NCBI RefSeq assembly: GCF_009914755.1
Contig: NC_060935.1
Source of the DNA: the human T2T-CHM13v2.0 reference genome, Homo sapiens
Direction: 5' to 3' (one strand)
Length of the DNA stretch: 64,000 nucleotides
The notes beneath the pieces were generated by a model. That model saw only the letters and a program-made list of their open reading frames with translations, was not told where the DNA came from and searched no databases. Numbering within the stretch: the first letter of the stretch is position 1; each line of letters opens with the position of its first letter. The translations under genes and the position numbers were made by a program. Positions 1 through 14,175 of this stretch are shown one piece after another.

Positions 1-854
1 TGTTAATCTCTCTTTTCCTGGTAACTAGAATAGTGTATGGACATAGTAGGCCTACAATAAATTTAGACTGAAGAAATGAATGAGCAGAAAAATATGGCCA
101 TGGAGAAAACAAAGATAATCCAGGAAACAGAAGATAATTGTTAAAATAATTCTAACTAGTATCCACAGAAAGATTTTTTAAAAATTGCAATCTAATTTTA
201 AAAATGAGAACAAAAGAGAACTCTTGGATATCAAGATAATGCCAAAATTAAATTTCCAAAGGTGAGGTGGAAGAATTCCACTGCCATAAAGCAGAACAGA
301 CAGAAAAAGGGATAGGAAAGAGAAAAAATAAGAGGCATAGAGAACCAAACCAAGGGATCCCAATGAATAGAAATTCCAGGAAAAGAAAAAAAAAAAAAAG
401 ATAAAGTAGAAGGAAGGACATTATCGAAGAAATAATAGAAATTTCCCCTGGGGCAAAGGACACGAGTCTACAGACTGAAAGAACTCACACGGTGCCTCAC
501 ACGCAAAAATGAGAAAAGGCGTACACTTGGACATAACGCTGTGGAATTTAGACCAACAAGGAAACAGAGAAGAAACCAAAAACTTCCAGGGAGGAGGTAG
601 GGGTGGGGGGAGGGGGAACAGGCCACCTGCCAAGGAATGAAAATCAAAGTAGTGTGAGTGAGCTCCTGCAACATCTATCATAGTATAAAGTCAAAGGATA
701 AAGTCTAAATCTCATAAATCACTTCTATAATTTAGAGTTATGGCAGTAACTATCCAAAGAGACAATTAAAGAGGTCCCCTTGGGATATGTCTGTAATTCA
801 TACATTATTTATATTATTCATCATTACAGTAGTATCCATCTAAAGACATAGTTA

Positions 855-1247
<393 letters not shown>

Positions 1248-1464
1248 TTAAAAAGCAATGTGGAGGTATTGCTTTTATTTAAAAATTATTTTAAAAATAA
1301 AAAAAATTAAAATAAGTGCCTAGGTGTTCTTTCCATTAGAAGGAGGCCCTGAGGTAGGCTGGTGGGGAGAAAGAGGGAGCAAAAGGGTCTTGGCATCCTG
1401 ACTGGAGGGAACAGCTACTGGAAACATTGTCATCTACTTTCTGCATTCTGCCCCAAGAGCATGA

Positions 1465-3400
1465 CTTACCCATTCATTCCACAGATATGCACTATGTACA
1501 TACCTTGTGCCTAGGCCTCTGCTAGGCAGGGAGGCTCAGAGGTGGGCAAGATATGGCTCCTGCCCTCCAGGAGGTGATAGTATAAGACTTCAACAAGTCA
1601 GTAACATCCATAATACAAGCTATGTGAAAGTGGTGTGCAAGCTCTGTTGTTGTGCTTACATGAGGTGTTGTTAGTAGAACTATTCTATAAGGAAGAACAC
1701 AGTCAGTACCATGGATGGGCAGTAGTTAGGGATCACTGAGCTTGAACCAAGTGCTGCAGGAGCTCCGAGGAAGAAGTGGAGCATTGGGAAGATTTGCTTT
1801 CTAGTTGACATTTGAGGCAGTTATTAAGTCCAAACAGGTCAAGGTTTCAAAGGATGGAGAGTGGGTCAGGGAGGGTCTTCTTCCCAGGTAAAGAAGTAGT
1901 ACATGCCTAGGTATGGCGAAGTGTTCAGGAATGCAGTAGTAGGGGTTCTGTTTTGGGGCTGGCTGAGTAGGTCAGATAATGAAGGAGCCTTAAACCCCAG
2001 GCTTGGGAGTTTGAACTTAACTTTTATGTGGGCTGGGAGCCCCAGGAAGTTTCTAAGCCGAGAAAGTGTCTGATATGAGCTGGGCTTTGAGAAGATTGCT
2101 CTAGGGCAGGGGACAAGTCAAGGGATTATTGTAAAATGCCATGGAAAGAAAGTGGACTTTGGAGCCAGACAGACTCCAGGGAACTATGGAAAAATTAATT
2201 AACCTCTCCAAGGTCAGTTTCCTCATCTTCAAAATCAGTAACACTGGGGATTGCCTTCAAGAAAGTTGGCAACTGTTATGGCCGGGGTACTAGCCACTAA
2301 GTATGGGTAACAGTGACTGTCCTGCTAGAGCTGGGTCCTGGAAGTCCCCAGCAGTACCAGGCATCAATCCTTCAGTTGCCAAACTATGACAAGGTCCAGG
2401 TAATCCTAGGGAAGGGGCCAGGGTGACTGGGGTGATAGGGAGAGGTCTCAGGGCAGCAGCAATATGCAACTGGCAGGGAAGTACCTTAATATTTGAACAA
2501 TTCATAGCCATGGTGGGGTGGATGGGCTGAACATTAGCCTGGGCGCTCCTGAAATACCCCATAAAGATGTGGCCCTCAGGAAATAAAAGGATATCCAGGA
2601 TGACCAGTTGAGCAACTGATGTAAAGTAAAATCATTTATTGAGATGAGAAAGCCTGGGAGGAGCGAGCCGGGGACACAGGAGTAATGGACTCAGAGTATT
2701 ATTTTGGACATGTTAAGTTTGGTTGACTGTGAAACATCCAAGTAGAGATGACACTTGGACAGTTGAACATGTGAAGCTCCACAGAGAAGTGGGAACAACA
2801 GTGATGAGGTGGGCAGATGAGAGAGAGACTCAAGAAACTTGTGCCCTAACTGCTTGTGGGAAATGGGAAGAACAGAGTGAGTGACTCCAAAGTTTTGATC
2901 TCTGGACAGGTAGAGAGAAGTTAATGCCCTGAGGAAGCCAGGAGCAGGAGTGCATTGGTTAAGGATGATATGAGTTCAGTTTGAAATGCTGGTGGGAGGC
3001 CCAGATGGAGAGGCCCAGCAAATGGTTAGAAATGCAGAGTGACAAGGATTGTGGCTTAAGAGAGGTGCAGACTGGTGACATCGAATTCAGAAGTATGGAC
3101 TTCTAGGAGAGCTTTCAGTCACAGGCCTTTGTAAACTGATTAGGGTGGGTGTAAGAGAAAAGAGAGCTAAGGGAAGAAAGTCAGAAAGACAGAGAAAGAG
3201 AGAGAGAGAGGACATAATAAAGGCTTGGAAAGAGAGAAAGGGGAAAATCAACACAGAGGACCAAAAAATGAGGAGCCAGTAAAAAACTGGCAAGAGACAG
3301 GAAGTTGCTGTCAGTACATGGAAAAGAGGAGGAGGTGGCCTGTAGAGTACTGCAGGGAGCCCAGGAGATGAGGATTGCAAACAAGCTATCAGACCTTAGA
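1465..3400 (-). mobile_element. Degraded L2 fragments (with MIR)
   Basis: cattcattcc..ctcctgccctccaggag; ttttggacatgttaagtttg..gtgaaacatccaagtagagatg. Confidence 0.6.
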
Positions 3401-5267
3401 AAGCCTTGTCAGTAGACCGGTGGGTTTCGTGAGGTCATGGAGGTGAAGGCTGTGAGGGTCACTTCATCATTCGCTGAGCAACCATGGACTGTCATATATG
3501 TAAGATGAACTGTGATACCAGGGAGACCTAGAAGTCCCGAAATGAGGTGGAAGCCAGGTGAGGATTTCAGAGCAGGCAGCACTGCTCTTTGGAGAAGTGT
3601 GGTAGATGAGTTTGTTCCCTCCTCTGAGCTCCCCTGCACCCTGTGCTCACACACATCATTACAGCAGAGCTTTCCATGGCTGTCTACCTGCTCACAAGGG
3701 TGAGTGAACAAGACTGTTCATGGCTGCAGGTGGTCAGCTGGGGATTGTGGTAGCCCCACACCCTACCAATACATTCAAAGAACAGATAGGAATCAGTATC
3801 TCAGCCTGTCTTTACCCCATTCGTAGCCCATGAGAATGCTGGAGCACACCAAAGAGAAACTCAGTATTGCACACCTATCGTCTGATGTTAGAACTTTATT
3901 TTTTTTTCTTTCATTATTATTATTATTATTATTATTTTACATGGACAATGGTCAGTGGCCTAATATTGGGGCTTTTCTGCCTCCTCTACCTGGTTGTGAG
4001 GTCCTCAAAGATAAGGACCCAGGCAATGCATCTTTATAATAATAATAGTAACAGCAATGACAACAGTGATGTATTGATTATTTATTATGAGCCAGGCACT
4101 GGGCTAAGCCCCTCATATGGATAATCTCATCCGATCCTCACTAAAGCCCTACAAGGCAGGCATGTTGTTGTTATGAATATCAACCCATTCTAAAGGTGAG
4201 GAAACTAAGGGTTGGGGATGATAAGTAATTTGACCAAGGTTACAGCTGTCAGAATGCAAGCTTAGATTTTAATTCAGTTAGTCAAATTCTAGAACCAGCA
4301 CCCAAAACCAGTGGCTCACACTGCCTCCTGATGCAATAGCCCCAGTGCCTAGTTTAACATCTAATACATGTTAAGTGAAAATGTTGGCTGAATTAAACTG
4401 GGAAGAATAAAAAATCTAGTTACTGGGCATGGAGAGATAGGTTCCAGGTCTTTGAAGGGAGATCTGAGCTGAATTGTGCATGGAGAAAATGAGTCAATAG
4501 GGAACACCAGAGGGAACACCTCAAGAACACCAGAAACAGCATGGGAACACAGGAATTGAAATCACATCCTTGCTAAGTAAGAGGAGAGGCCCAGGTGCAG
4601 CCAGTTTGGGGTCTGAGTGAATAGAGCCAATGGCTACTTGCCTGCTGGGCTCTGCTTGGTTCTAGGCACAGACCAGGCCAGGCAAGGATGAAATGAGGTA
4701 TGGACTCTGCCCACAAGGAAACCTCTACCCAGCCTGCCCATACGAAGATGGGGCAGGGCTGGGAATGCTACAAAAGCTGTAGAAGCTCAGAAGCTGTAGA
4801 AGCGGAGCTTCTGGGAAAAAGAGGTCTCTGGCTCCCGGAGTGGTCAGGAATGGCTTCATGACAGAGGGAGAAGCTTCAGTGGGGCCTTGAGTGTTGAGTT
4901 GAATAGGGAAAATCAAGGGAGGAGGAAGGGATTCCAGATTGGGCCAGCTGGGTGAGCGGACTCTGCTGGACCCAATAGCAGAATTGATGGGGAGAGTGCA
5001 GGATTCTTTGAGTTGCAAAGAACAGAAATCAACTCTGGCTGGCTCAAGTGTTAAAGGGGCCTGTGCCAATGATAACTGAACCCCCACAGAACCCAGGACT
5101 GGTAATTAAGTACACCCAGACCTTGAGGGAGCAGAGGGCTGTCAGGAACTGAAGCCCTTACTCTGTTAATCTGTGTGAATGTCTGCGTCCCTGTCTCCCA
5201 CACACCATGTGATCTCACAGGCCATGTAATCTCTCTCTCTCTCCCCCTTCTCTCTGAGAATCCATTT

Positions 5268-5275
5268 TCTCCTCC

Positions 5276-5306
<31 letters not shown>

Positions 5307-5312
5307 ACCTCT
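5268..5312. repeat. (CCT)n tract
   Basis: Read directly. Confidence 0.9.
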
Positions 5313-6089
5313 TCTCCGGCTTTTTCTGCACACTCACATTGCTATGGCCCATCATGGCCTCTCAGCTCTAGCCTTCTCCTGCCCCGACCCTCTGACAGCT
5401 ATCTCCTGTTTCAGATTAAAAAAAAGACCTGGTTTGTCTGTTTAAGCCAAGTCTCCAAAGTTACTAGCTACCTTTAAGGCAGATATCCCTCTCTGACCAG
5501 ATAGCCATATCTTGGACCACGTGATAAACAGGGTGGCCGTAGGTGGGATAGGCAATAAAATATGTTAGAGAAAAGGAGCGAGGAAAGGACCTCGCATTTA
5601 CTAAGCTCCTGGTATGAGCTAAGAACTGTGCCAGGTGACCTGCATTATGTGATTTAATGGCCCAGTGAGATTGATTTTATTATTCCTATTTTACAAATGA
5701 AGACACTGAAGAGAAGTTAAGCAATTTGCCCAGTCACAAAAGTAGAAGGTAGCTGAGCTAGAATTCAAATTGAAATCTGTCCAACTGCAAAGTCAATGTT
5801 CTTTCCACAGAACCACTCAGCCAGGGAATGGGGGTTATTCAAGCTAGTTAAAACCATTGAACTTAGTCTAAGGAGACCACAGGGTTCAAACCTTGCAGCT
5901 TACAGGTATTTGCTGTGGCAGACCTTCTTAACATTTTTAGGGTCCCATAACTCTGAGAATCTGACAAAAAGCTATGAATCTCCTCCCCAGAAAAATACAC
6001 ACATGCCTATACCATTTGGCCTGTGCTTTCATGGGATTTACAGACCTCCTGAGGCTCATCCACTGGCCCGCACCTAAAAGTCTTTGCTC

Positions 6090-6640
6090 TACAGCATCCC
6101 TGACTATTGATTAACTTATCCTCCATTTGAGAGAAAGGGCGAGAGAGCTCATTCCTTTATGTTAAGCCCATTCCAACCATAAAAACTTCTATGTCACTTT
6201 CTCTCCTTTAGTTCTCTCTAAGGAGTAATACAGAACCAATCTCCCTCATTCCCTGGCAAATATCTAAAGACAGTGACTACAGCATGCCCAAGGCTCCAGC
6301 TGAAGCCAAACTCCTGTTGTTTGTTTAAAACCTGTCCCATGCGGGTCTCTTCCACTGAACACCACACACTTTGCCAAAGTCCCTCTCATAATGCAATGCC
6401 TGGAATAGCATCGTGGACTGCTTGTGTCATCCAACCAGCATCCTCTTTATTCAGGGGATTCTGATTTCCTATGGCCAGTACACTAGACTACTTTGATTGT
6501 GTTTGCTCTTGTATCAGCCATGTCATTACTTGGCTCATGGGAAATCTATGGTCCACTGAGACCCTAAGATCTTTATCACAGGAGTTGAGCTATCCCTACT
6601 TTGCCCTTTCCTAAACTATCCTGAGAAACACTGTGTTTCA
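6090..6640 (-). mobile_element. L3/CR1 fragment
   Basis: aaatatctaaagacagtgact and cttggctcatgg..tatggtccactgagacc resemble CR1 reverse strand. Confidence 0.45.
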
Positions 6641-7661
6641 GCCTGTTCTTCAAACACAGGATTTTTATGCTGGTGCCATGACACAACAGATTGTTTATCT
6701 CACTAAGGAAGAGTCAAATCTTTCTCAGATTCTCCCTTCTGGCTTCACATAGTTTTTCTGTTAAATGGAAAAAAGAAAGAGATGTGGAGCAGAAAAGGAT
6801 TTCTGAGGTTTTCACGTTGACATTCCACCATTAGATGAATGCTAACAAAAGCTCGATTTCACTAATCCTAAAAGGAACTTGATCTCCAGATGCACTGGCC
6901 TTGCTGGTTCAATGCCTGCACCACGAGGCCTTCTTCCACAGCCCAGAGTTGGGTGTTTTTTTCTTTTTAAAAGTCTTTGAAGTTAAAAAGTGCACATATT
7001 ACTTTTAAAGAGCAAACCCAAAAGAAGCTTTGTAAGCAGATTTGTTCAAGTGAAGGCTAACCGAATTAAAGAAAGAAAAAGAAGGAGGAGGAGGAGTGGG
7101 GGAAGGAAGGATGTATCTGTTCCTCATCTCTCTCATGTGCAACACTTGGCAGCTCCAGGGCTTGGGCCCCAGACCCAGATTCTTTTCTATCCTCACTCTC
7201 AAGATGATGTTATTCAAGCTCATGATTTTCAATACCATCTGTATTCCGAAAACTCTCCAACGTTTATGTCCAGCTTGGACCTCTCCCTTAACTCCAAAGT
7301 CATACGCCCAGGTGCTATTTTACTCAATACATTTTCGGGGCATCTTATAGACATTTCTAACACGTGTCCAACCCCTAATACCTGCTTTTCCCTCAGTCTT
7401 CTCCATTTCAGTCAATGGCAAGTCCATCCTTCAAGTAGCTCAGGCACAAAACATGAGTCATTTGTGATTTTCCTCCAGTTCCCCACGCACCCCACAGGGA
7501 ACTCATCAAAAAGTCCTTTTGCTCTACCTTAGAAATATATCCAGAATCTGACCATTTCTTACCATCTTTACTAGTGTAAGCAACCACAATTTCTTGCCAC
7601 GTAATCAACACAATTGCTTCCTAAGTGCTCCCCTGCCCCCACAGAGCAGGCAGAGTGATTC

Positions 7662-7901
7662 TTTTATTTATTTATTTATTTTGAGACAGGATCTCACTCT
7701 GTTGCCCAGGCTGGAGTGCAATGGTGACGTTCACTGCAGCCTCAACCTCCCTGGGCTCAAGTGATCCTCCCACCTCAGCCTCCCAAGTAGCTGGGACTAT
7801 AGGCATGTGCCACCATGGCCGGCCAATTTTTATATTTTTAGTAGAGATGGTTGTTTCCTCCTGCTTCAGCTTCACAAAGTGCTGGGATTATGTGCCTGGC
7901 C
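7662..7901 (-). mobile_element. AluJ (internally deleted)
   Basis: gagacaggatctcactctgttgcccaggctggagtgca..ctcctgggctcaagtgat. Confidence 0.9.
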
Positions 7902-7952
7902 TGATTCTTTTCCATTATGAGTTAGATCATGTCACTCCCTGCTCCTAAACTT

Positions 7953-8252
<300 letters not shown>

Positions 8253-11150
8253 CCTGCTCATAACCTTCTAATAGCTTCCCACATCACTCAGTATGAAAAG
8301 CCAGCATCTTTTCCATGGCCTAAGAGGCCCTACATGATCTAATCCTGGTTTCCTGGACTTTATCTCCAGTCTCACTCCTCACTGCTCTTCCAAGTGATCT
8401 TCCACTCCCAGGACATTTGCACTTACTGTTCCCCTGCCTGGAATACTCTTCCCCAGTTATTATCTGCTGGGCTCACTCCCTCCATGTTCTTGAGTCTCTG
8501 TTCAAATGTCACCTTATGCAGGGTCACCTTCCATGACCATCCAATCTAAAGTATCACTTTCTACCCTGTCACTCCATCCCCTCTTTTATTCCTTTATAGC
8601 ACTTATTGCTATCTAATATGTTACATATTTGTTTGTCTGTTGTCTATATTCTGCCTCAAGAATGTGAAAGCAGGAACTTTGTTTTGTCAGCTGTTGTATT
8701 CCTGGTGCCCACAACAGCACATAGGTAAACACTCAGTAAATGTTTCTTGACTGACTGACTGAATGAATTAATGAATTTATTGAGTACCTACTAAGTGTCA
8801 TTATGAGTCACATTTTATAAATTAGTCAACTGAGGTTCAAAGATCTCATAGATGGTGAAAGCCAAGATTTGAACCCGTATCTAAGGATGATAACAGTGTT
8901 GGATCTGGATAGGATCATATGACCGCCCCCCTACCCCATCAGAATCTGAGATGCTGTGTCTGTTCTCGGGCTTGGGTATACCTGAGACCCTATCCCACTC
9001 ACATGGCCTGAAGATTGTCCCTCTCAAAGCCAGCCTACCATGACAGATGGCACTCTCCTTCTACTTGACAGACAAGCTCTTGAGGTCCTGCATGGCTCGT
9101 GGCTTTTGGGATCATGGTTTCTTCAGGGGCCACGCGAGTGAGAGCATTCCCAGGGTCCTGCTTAGCCTCAGGTCAGACTCCTATGATTCCAGGATGCTCC
9201 AGGTCCTGGTTGGATGGCATGAAGACCACCTCTCCAGGATCCATCCCACCTGACCCACATTAATCCCTGTCTGATCCCAGGCTGTGACCTGCCTTATGCA
9301 GGAGTGCCCCTGCCCTACAAAGGTGCTCAACCCTTGGCATTTAGTCCCTGCCATGGAATCTGAATGCAAATCTTATACATTTTTAAGCTCTTTGGGTTTA
9401 ATTCCTCCAAAAATTTCACAATGAAACTAGAATATTTGAAGAACTCTCACCCAGAAGGAAAATACACACATATGAAGCACCCACATGCGTCTGCCTTATT
9501 GGCACACTGATCCCTTATTATTTTCATATTATTAATTCATGCAGGCATTTATTCATCCCACAAGCATTTTCTGAGGGTCTCCTTCATGGACTAAGCCCTT
9601 GTGCTGGGTGCTAGGCATGGGGCACAAATTAGACATACTCCCTGCCTCAGGTTTATAGTCTAACAGGGGAGACCACCATCATCATCACCATCCCATCATC
9701 ATCACTGTAGCCAACATTCAAATGCTACTTCTAGTGCTGGGTACTGTTCTGAGTATTTATATATATTAAGCTGTTTCACCACATGTTAATTCTGTAAGTT
9801 AAATGCTATTCTTATCTTCATTTTACAGATGAGGAAACTGACACCTAGAGGGTAGTGACTTATGCAAGGTCATGTAAGTGGCAAAGTTAGAATTTGAACA
9901 CAGATAGTTTAGCTCCAGAGCTCATATTCTCTTCCACTCTACCTTAATTCCAAAAATCAAGTGTGAGTATTTATGCTGACATGCAGCTACAGACACAAAG
10001 ATTTTCAGAGCCACATTTCAGAGTCCAATGGGAAAGTCATAAACATTGAAGGAAACCAGTCAGCCAGTCTTTCAGCTTCTGAGACATGCCCTCGAAAAAC
10101 ATCTCTCCTTTGGTGCTAAAGATGAACATCTTGGACACAAGCAGAAGTTGAAGAGGGAGATAGGAAGAGGAACAGAGGAGAAAAGGAAAACAAGCAAATA
10201 TCAAAGACTTACTTTGTATAATACCAGATACCATAGAGGGCAATTTATATACATCATCTACTCTCAAAGCATATTCACAAAAAGAGTTTGGTCTGCATTT
10301 TCCTGTTAAGATAATGAAACTTAGAGAATTGAAATGCCTTATCCAAGATCATACGGGTGCTGTATGGTAGGGCTAGGCCTCAACACCCCAAGGCCCATCT
10401 CTTTCCTTTAATCCAGTTACTGACACTGAATTCAATTCTTTCCCCAAGAAATTCATTTCCAAAAGCTATCTAATCAAGTCAATGCAATCTAACGCCAAGG
10501 TCATATAAAGAGATTTTAACAAAATCAATAGTTAAGGACAAAGAAAAAGTAAGCATTCCACTTCTGCAGGTCAGTCTTCTTGACAACAGCTTACCTGGCC
10601 AATTTATTCCATTCAATCAGTAAAGCCATCCAACTCACGGTTTGGTATGTCAGGAAGAGACTTTTCATTGAGGTGTTCTGGGACCATGTGAGAGGAAGAC
10701 CAAACAGGACCACATTTTCTCCCTTTCCTTGGGACACTGGGGCCTGTACTGTTGTTTATTTATTTTTTACATCATGCTAAGTGCAATGTTCCACAGCCTC
10801 ACTACCTCTTTTATTTCAACAATGACAAAAATCGCACAAATATCTGAGCACATCTTTCAAACATGAAGAAATATCTATGCTTCAGAATTCACAAATGCCC
10901 CATACAAATCATTTGTTTTTGTAACCTTGAACTTTCCCATTTAAAATAAACCATGCACTAGACAAAGAATTCACTTTGGATCTGAGCCTTCCTTTGTGAT
11001 CTTCCTTCCTTCTTCTAGAGTAGAAGAAAAAGATATCTTCGCAAAGCATCTAAGCCTGCTTTAGATTCTCCAAAAGTTAGTTTTTAAAAAAAAAAATCTT
11101 TTTTTTTTTTAATAGAGATAGGATCTCGCTATGTTGCCTAGACTGATCTC

Positions 11151-11435
<285 letters not shown>

Positions 11436-13159
11436 TCAAACTCCTGGTGTCAAGTGATCTTTCTGCCTTGGCCTTCCAAAGTGCTGGCGTGAGCCGCCAT
11501 GCCTGGCCCAAAAGCTAGCTTTGAGGGTGCTAGAGACCTCCCTCAGCTTTCACGGACAGGAATAATGCCTGTTTTTTTTTCTGAATGTTTAAGCATCCTG
11601 GGATTGGAAAACTGCAGGGCAGAACTCTGGGGACACAGCACCTAGGTGGTGGGTTCCTTGAGAGCAGCAAGGGCCTGAGGAGAGTGGGTAACCCCCTCAA
11701 AGGTGTATAGACTTTGGCAGCCACTTTGGCTCTGCACGTAAGCTGTCACCCCATGGCCCAGAGATTACCTGCCTGTGTTTCAAATGTGGATGTAGAGGGG
11801 TGGGGTGGGAATTCTGGTGGGCTAAAAATGTGGTGTGAGCCAAACAGGCTATGAAAAAAAATAGTGTTTGCTATTAAGCAAGACACGCTCAGACTACAAA
11901 AGGCAACGAAGTGGGGTTCACCAAAGCAGAACCAGGCTTAATACCAGCTTGAGAGTGAGCTCCAAACACACCAGAGAGCACAGAGAAAAGCAGGATGGGA
12001 TCTCAGGGGCTACAGCCACAGGGACTTCCCAGGAAGAGGAAGAGTGGAGATCTACAGGGTCAGTGGAGGAGAGCAGGAAGAGAAGGGTTTTACTCTTCCA
12101 GAAGTCTGATGGCCTACCGCAGTCCCCAAGGAACATGGTGCAAGTGGCCTTTGCCCAAAGCAGGGACCCAAAGCCACAGCTTAATATCACAGCACAAAAT
12201 TCATTCCTTCAATAAGCATATACTTTTTTCTACTTCCTCCCAACTAGTCTCCTTGTTTCTTGCTTCTGTCCAATCCAGTCCCCCCATAACAGCCATGGAG
12301 AGACTTCTAAAATGGACTCTGTTGCTTATGGTCTCTGGCAGAGGGGGACCAGGCATCAGGGACTGAAAGGCCTCGGCCCCTTGCATGTCTTTCTTCATGT
12401 CTCTGCCTGTTTTCTCAGATGCTCCCTCTGCTGCTGCAGTGCTGGGAACCTTCTCCAAAGGGGAAGAGGATCTCCAGTCTCCATCTCCACACCCTGAAAG
12501 TCGAAACTTAAAGCTGCCCAGTTCCAACTCAAAAGATGGAGGCTACCCTGGAGTATCCTTGATTCCATCTGCTCCCTGACCTGCTGAGAGTGGCCACCTT
12601 CTGTGACTCACTGCCTCTCTACCGTATCCCCTCCTCCACACTGGGAGCTTCCAACTCTGCCGGGAAATGGAGCAAGAGGGGCAGAACCCCAGAAGCAGAC
12701 TCTGCAGCCAGTTTGCAGTCCATGTTAACTTGACCTAATTCACAAGGAGAGGTCCCCATTTATAAAGAAACAAACCTATTCAGGGAAGACCAACTCGGGG
12801 ACTTCAACACCCTGAAAATACTCCAAGTACCAGAGTCTTTTCTCTCCAGGCCCAGACTGTTCAAGGTCTTAAGCAGCCCAACACTTGGCATTTGGAAAAC
12901 AAGCAATTACCATTTCATCCGAACAAATGACATCCTGAAGTCTAGTTAGGAAGACAGCCTGGTGAGAGATTTGTTTTCTGAGTTGTAAATGTACTTAAAG
13001 GAAAAAAAGTCCTGATGATCTAAAATTCATATTACCTTTGCTTTTGCATTCCTCAAGTCCCTCGTTTAAACAAAAATGAAATTATATGAAATTAGAATTG
13101 CTCCCCCTCTTCAAGTAATCTATCAAAGCAGGGTTCGATTGGTATGCCTTCTCCTAAAA

Positions 13160-13310
13160 TAGTGTTTCTCAACATGTGGTCACCTCTGATACATACTTTA
13201 AATATACATTCCTAGATTCTACTCCAGATTGCAGACAGGGAGTGGGGGAGGGCACAGTCGTTTCTAACAGGCTTTCTAAGAAATTCCCATGGAAATTTGA
13301 GAACCACTGT
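13160..13310. mobile_element. MER5-like fragment
   Basis: agtgtttctcaac ... tttgagaaccactg termini. Confidence 0.6.
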
Positions 13311-13719
13311 CCTAACCAGTGAAAGGCAAAAAAATATATACATACAGATAAAAAATAAAGACTCTTATGAGCTTATATGAACTGGAAGTTTTGGAATCCC
13401 CCAAATGCCTGTAACTTCTCTCAAAAAATATTTCATGCAATTACTTGCAGAAGGCTGCTAGCATGTTGTAAACAGAAAAACAGATGAGAATACGAACTCC
13501 TCAAATCATAAGAATAATTTACTCCAGGAAGGTGATGGGTTGCCCTTGGTGCAGAGGTGGGATGAGACCTGTAAAGACAGAGACATTCAGGTCTGGCAGG
13601 TTCCCCTCTGGTTGCGGGTATAGGAACAGACAGGGATACTGGGGGAGGACAAACTGCCATCAGGCAGGGCCAGGAGGCAGAACAGCAGGAATGCTGAGGT
13701 GCCCCATCTTTGTTGGGAT

Positions 13720-14175
13720 GTCCATCCTCCTCCATACAGCCTCATGCTTCACTGCATGCCTTCCACACCCCATCAGCGGCAGAAAATTGTTCCTGCTTAA
13801 TTTAAGTGAGTCACAGATCCCACCCCGGTTTCCAGCCACGGGTTTAGACATGTGCCCAAACCTGGCCAATGAGATGGGAAGGCAGTGTCTGCTCAGGGAC
13901 TTCTGGGAAATGACTCCTCCCTATAAAGAAGAGCTATGGGAAGAGACTATCCCTTCTTGTCTGGCACATTGTGGAGTCTGCTACGAAGCCTAGAACTGCA
14001 GCAGTCATCTTGCTATCGTCCAAGACTAAGCCTGGAACGGAAAAAAGAGATAGAGCTGAGGCCCTGAAGCTTGCAGCCAACCTGTCTCTGGCCTTCCAAT
14101 TATGTGAGATAACAATAATCTTTATCATTTAGGCCACTTTGAATTGGGTTCCTGTTAAATCACATCCTAATGGCT
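13720..14175 (+). mobile_element. Old MLT1 (J/K-like) LTR
   Basis: ctggccaatgagatg..ggacttctgggaaa; ctgcagcagtcatcttg; tttaggccactttgaattggg. Confidence 0.6.

Noticed and set aside
4501-4550. Four GAACAC repeats resembling steroid-receptor half sites
   Set aside because: No palindromic 3-bp-spaced element; likely local slippage
6990-7532. Longest ORF (180 aa)
   Set aside because: Lies mostly within an L2 fragment, non-ATG start, no recognisable domain
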